In this document: piece by piece, positions 61,368-64,000 of the stretch
Numbering within the stretch: position 1 is the first letter of the stretch
How the letters are laid out: every line of letters begins with the position of its first letter
Assembly: GCA_045803545.1 (NCBI GenBank)
Contig: JBJMOW010000005.1
Span: forward strand, 384,001-448,000
From: Gemmatimonadaceae bacterium
GTDB taxonomy: Bacteria; Gemmatimonadota; Gemmatimonadetes; Gemmatimonadales; Gemmatimonadaceae
Direction of reading: 5' to 3'
DNA: 64,000 nucleotides
The notes under the pieces: model-generated
What the model was told of the DNA's origin: nothing
The model's input: only the letters and a program-made list of their open reading frames with translations
Database searches by the model: none
Made by a program: the position numbers and the translations under genes

Positions 61368-63212
61368 ATGGCGCTAACAGCGATCGATTGGGCAATTGTC
61401 GCCGCGTATTTCATCCTCTCGACGGCGATCGGTTTTGCGTTCACGAAAAAAGGTGGTGAAAGCCTGAGCGAGTATTTCATCTCGGGACGCCAAGTGAGCT
61501 GGTGGTTGGCCGGTGCCTCCATGGTAGCGACAACTTTCGCGGCCGATACCCCCCTCGTCGTTACAGGATTCGTCTACAATCACGGTGTTGCCGGCAACTG
61601 GATCTGGTGGAACATGCTGATGAGCGGCATGCTCACCGTGTTCTTCTTCGCCCGGCTCTGGCGACGCGCCAACGTCCTGACCGACGTCGAGTTCGCCGAG
61701 ATTAGGTACAGCGGTAAACCCGCGGCAGCCCTTCGCGGTTTCCGCGCCCTGTACCTCGCGCTCCCCATCAACCTGATCATTCTCGGCTGGGTGACCCGGG
61801 CGATGATCAAGATCCTCACCATCTCCCTCGGTCTCCACGACGTACGATTCCTCGGGATGAACATCCCAGGTCAGGTCATCGCCGTCGGAATCTGCTTCGT
61901 CATCACGGTAGCGTACTCCGCCGGCGCAGGTATGTGGGCGGTGCTGTGGACCGATCTGGTCCAATTCGTCATCAAGATGACCGCCGTCATTATTCTCGCC
62001 GTTTACGCTGTGAGAGCCGTCGGCGGCATGAGCGCGCTGAAGGCAGGCCTCGGCACCCACTTCGGAGATGCCAACGCCGCACTCTCCGTGATGCCGATCA
62101 AGATCACCGATCACGGAATCGAGGCTTATGCATGGATGCCCCTACTAGCGCTATTCGTATTCCTCGGCGTTCAGTGGTGGGCAGCCTGGTATCCCGGCGC
62201 TGAGCCCGGCGGCGGCGGTTACGTGGCGCAGCGAATCTTCTCGGCGAAGACCGAGCGGGACGGAGTGCTCGCCACTCTTTTCTTCAACGTCGCACACTAC
62301 GCGCTGCGTCCGTGGCCGTGGATTATCACCGGCCTCTGCACAGTAATTCTCTACCCGGCTGGAATTGGTCCAACCCACGATCACGAAGCTGCCTACGTGC
62401 AGGCCTTCGTCGATCTCCTGCCTACTCCATGGCGCGGGTTCATGCTCGCCGGCTTCGCGGCCGCGTATATGTCAACCGTCGGCACACAGCTCAACTGGGG
62501 CGCCTCTTACCTGGTTAACGATTTCTACAAACGGTTCATCAATCGCACTGCGACGGAGAAGCACTACGTCGCAGTCTCCCGCGCTGCGACTGTGTTCCTG
62601 TTTCTCGCCGCGGCATTGGTGACGATGCAGCTGAGCACCATCGAAGGCGCCTGGAAATTTCTGCTCGCCCTTGGATCGGGCACCGGTCTGGTATTGATCC
62701 TTCGCTGGTACTGGTGGCGCATCAACGCCTGGAGCGAAATCAGCGCGATGACTGCGTCTTTCATCGTGTCGCTGATCGCGATCAGCGTCATCAAGCCCAG
62801 ATTCGCAGCCGATGATTTCAGGGGGGATGCCTGGGTAATGCTCGTTACCGTAGCTATTAGTACAGTCGTCTGGATAGTAGCGACGTTCGTTACAGCGCCT
62901 GAGCCGGAGTCAGTGCTGCAAAGCTTCTATCAGCGGGTGAGGCCTGGTGGGCCCGGCTGGGCGCGGGTTTCCGAGAGCCTGGGGTATGGACGGGAGCAGA
63001 TTCCCGGAGGCGCGCTTGCCTGGACTAACTGGATCGCTGGAATCGTCGCCGTGTATTCATCGTTGTTCGGAATCGGCAAGATCGTGCTGGGGGAAGTCGG
63101 GGTGGGGATAGCGATGCTGGTACTTGCTGTCATCGCCTTTGCGTGGATTGCGCGTTCGTTCCGTGCGGAGGAGCGTGCGAACACCCTACCCGCCCTCAGT
63201 GAAGTCGCCTAA
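61368..63212 (+). CDS. Sodium:solute symporter family protein
   Basis: EYFISGR..SWWLAGASMVATTFAADTPL, QRIFSAK, AAYMST; many TM spans. Confidence 0.93.
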   Translation: MALTAIDWAIVAAYFILSTAIGFAFTKKGGESLSEYFISGRQVSWWLAGASMVATTFAADTPLVVTGFVYNHGVAGNWIWWNMLMSGMLTVFFFARLWRRANVLTDVEFAEIRYSGKPAAALRGFRALYLALPINLIILGWVTRAMIKILTISLGLHDVRFLGMNIPGQVIAVGICFVITVAYSAGAGMWAVLWTDLVQFVIKMTAVIILAVYAVRAVGGMSALKAGLGTHFGDANAALSVMPIKITDHGIEAYAWMPLLALFVFLGVQWWAAWYPGAEPGGGGYVAQRIFSAKTERDGVLATLFFNVAHYALRPWPWIITGLCTVILYPAGIGPTHDHEAAYVQAFVDLLPTPWRGFMLAGFAAAYMSTVGTQLNWGASYLVNDFYKRFINRTATEKHYVAVSRAATVFLFLAAALVTMQLSTIEGAWKFLLALGSGTGLVLILRWYWWRINAWSEISAMTASFIVSLIAISVIKPRFAADDFRGDAWVMLVTVAISTVVWIVATFVTAPEPESVLQSFYQRVRPGGPGWARVSESLGYGREQIPGGALAWTNWIAGIVAVYSSLFGIGKIVLGEVGVGIAMLVLAVIAFAWIARSFRAEERANTLPALSEVA

Positions 63213-63235
63213 ATTTCAGTAGTACTGGAGGATAA

Positions 63236-63592
63236 ATGTCAGTTTCGTCACAACCGGAAATCGAGCTCATCGTCACGCCTGCAGCTGGCGTTGAGGTCAA
63301 GAAGTTTATGGACGCCGAGGGAGTCACTGTGGAGCAGGGCGGACTGCGCGTGAGCGTCCAGCCGGGCGGCTGCAGCGGCTTCAAGTACAGCCTCGTCATC
63401 GAGGATCAGGCTGCGGAGGATGACCTCGTTCTGCAGTCCGAAGGATTCAAGGTCTTCGTGGACCCGTTCTCGGCTCAGTACCTGAATGGCGTCACGATCG
63501 ACTACGTCACTTCCATGCAGGGTTCTGGATTCACCTTCAAGAACCCCAATTCGACTGGGGGCTGCGGCTGCGGAAGCTCCTTCTCGGCGTAG
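63236..63592 (+). CDS. A-type Fe-S cluster carrier (IscA/ErpA/HesB)
   Basis: GGCSGFKY, NPNSTGGCGCGSSF. Confidence 0.96.
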   Translation: MSVSSQPEIELIVTPAAGVEVKKFMDAEGVTVEQGGLRVSVQPGGCSGFKYSLVIEDQAAEDDLVLQSEGFKVFVDPFSAQYLNGVTIDYVTSMQGSGFTFKNPNSTGGCGCGSSFSA

Positions 63593-63615
63593 AGCTTTCG
63601 TCGGTAAGTACTTTG

Positions 63616-63659
63616 AATCGAGGGCGGTGAAATGAACGCGCATTTCACCGCCCTCGATT
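63616..63659 (+). promoter_or_regulatory. Perfect 19-bp hairpin covering the start codon of the downstream symporter
   Basis: aatcgagggcggtgaaATG - aacgcg - catttcaccgccctcgatt, followed by ttctt. Confidence 0.75.
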
Positions 63660-64000
63660 TTCTTGTACTCGTCGTTTACCTGATCGGCACGACCATTCTC
63701 GGCATCTGGCTCGGCCGAAATCAGCGCGACACCAAGGACTACTTCGTTGCCGGCCACGCGATTCCGTGGTGGGCGGTCCTGTTCTCCATCGTCGCGACTG
63801 AAACGAGCGCGTTGACGTTCATCAGCATTCCCGGGCTAGCCTACACCACCAACCTCGGCTTCCTGCAGATCGCCGCGGGGTATTTGCTCGGACGTATCGT
63901 CGTCGCTTATACGCTGTTGCCCCGTTACTACCAGGGCGACCTGGTGACGGCGTACGCGCTACTCGAGAAGCGATTCGGCGTCGGCACCCGCCGATTCGCT
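63632..64000 (+). CDS. Second sodium:solute symporter, truncated by the window edge
   Basis: Manual translation MNAHFTALDFLVLVVYL...DYFVAGHAIPWWAVLFSIVATETSALTFISIPG. Confidence 0.9.
   Translation, partial: MNAHFTALDFLVLVVYLIGTTILGIWLGRNQRDTKDYFVAGHAIPWWAVLFSIVATETSALTFISIPGLAYTTNLGFLQIAAGYLLGRIVVAYTLLPRYYQGDLVTAYALLEKRFGVGTRRFA

Overview
High-GC bacterial core-genome segment, probably Gemmatimonadota (inferred from protein resemblance and gene mix, not verified). Almost all protein genes from 1 to about 61.2 kb are on the minus strand in tightly coupled blocks: hutUH; DUF1835; an in-frame TatC-LptD fusion; tolQRAB-cpoB without pal; an NDP-sugar epimerase; ccsA-sirC-hemA; LysM; ssb, rimI, tsaB, tsaE, uvrB, rel, radC, secA, nadD, bamD; a wbpA/E/B/D-like diamino-uronic-acid cluster; carB; a stand-alone alpha ribosomal operon ending in rpmB; pyrDF, an amidase and smpB; rrf2, aspA-like, trxB; a 2-oxoacid dehydrogenase E1a/E1b/E2 cluster; ino1 with a CDP-alcohol phosphatidyltransferase; and namZ. 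tRNA-Leu(CAG), two Na+/solute symporters and an A-type Fe-S carrier are on the plus strand. No transposase, integrase, prophage or CRISPR array was seen. Most notable: (1) a 1257-aa ORF joining a complete inner-membrane TatC to an outer-membrane LptD-type protein through an internal signal-peptide-like segment, a possible polyprotein; (2) two diverged copies of a 150-170 bp REPIN-like long inverted-repeat element; (3) a dispersed 7-bp tandem repeat (CGCTTCC/GGAAGCG) that starts at stop codons and enters coding linkers; (4) a perfect 19-bp hairpin burying the start codon of the last symporter gene. All calls come from reading the sequence by eye; no searches were run.
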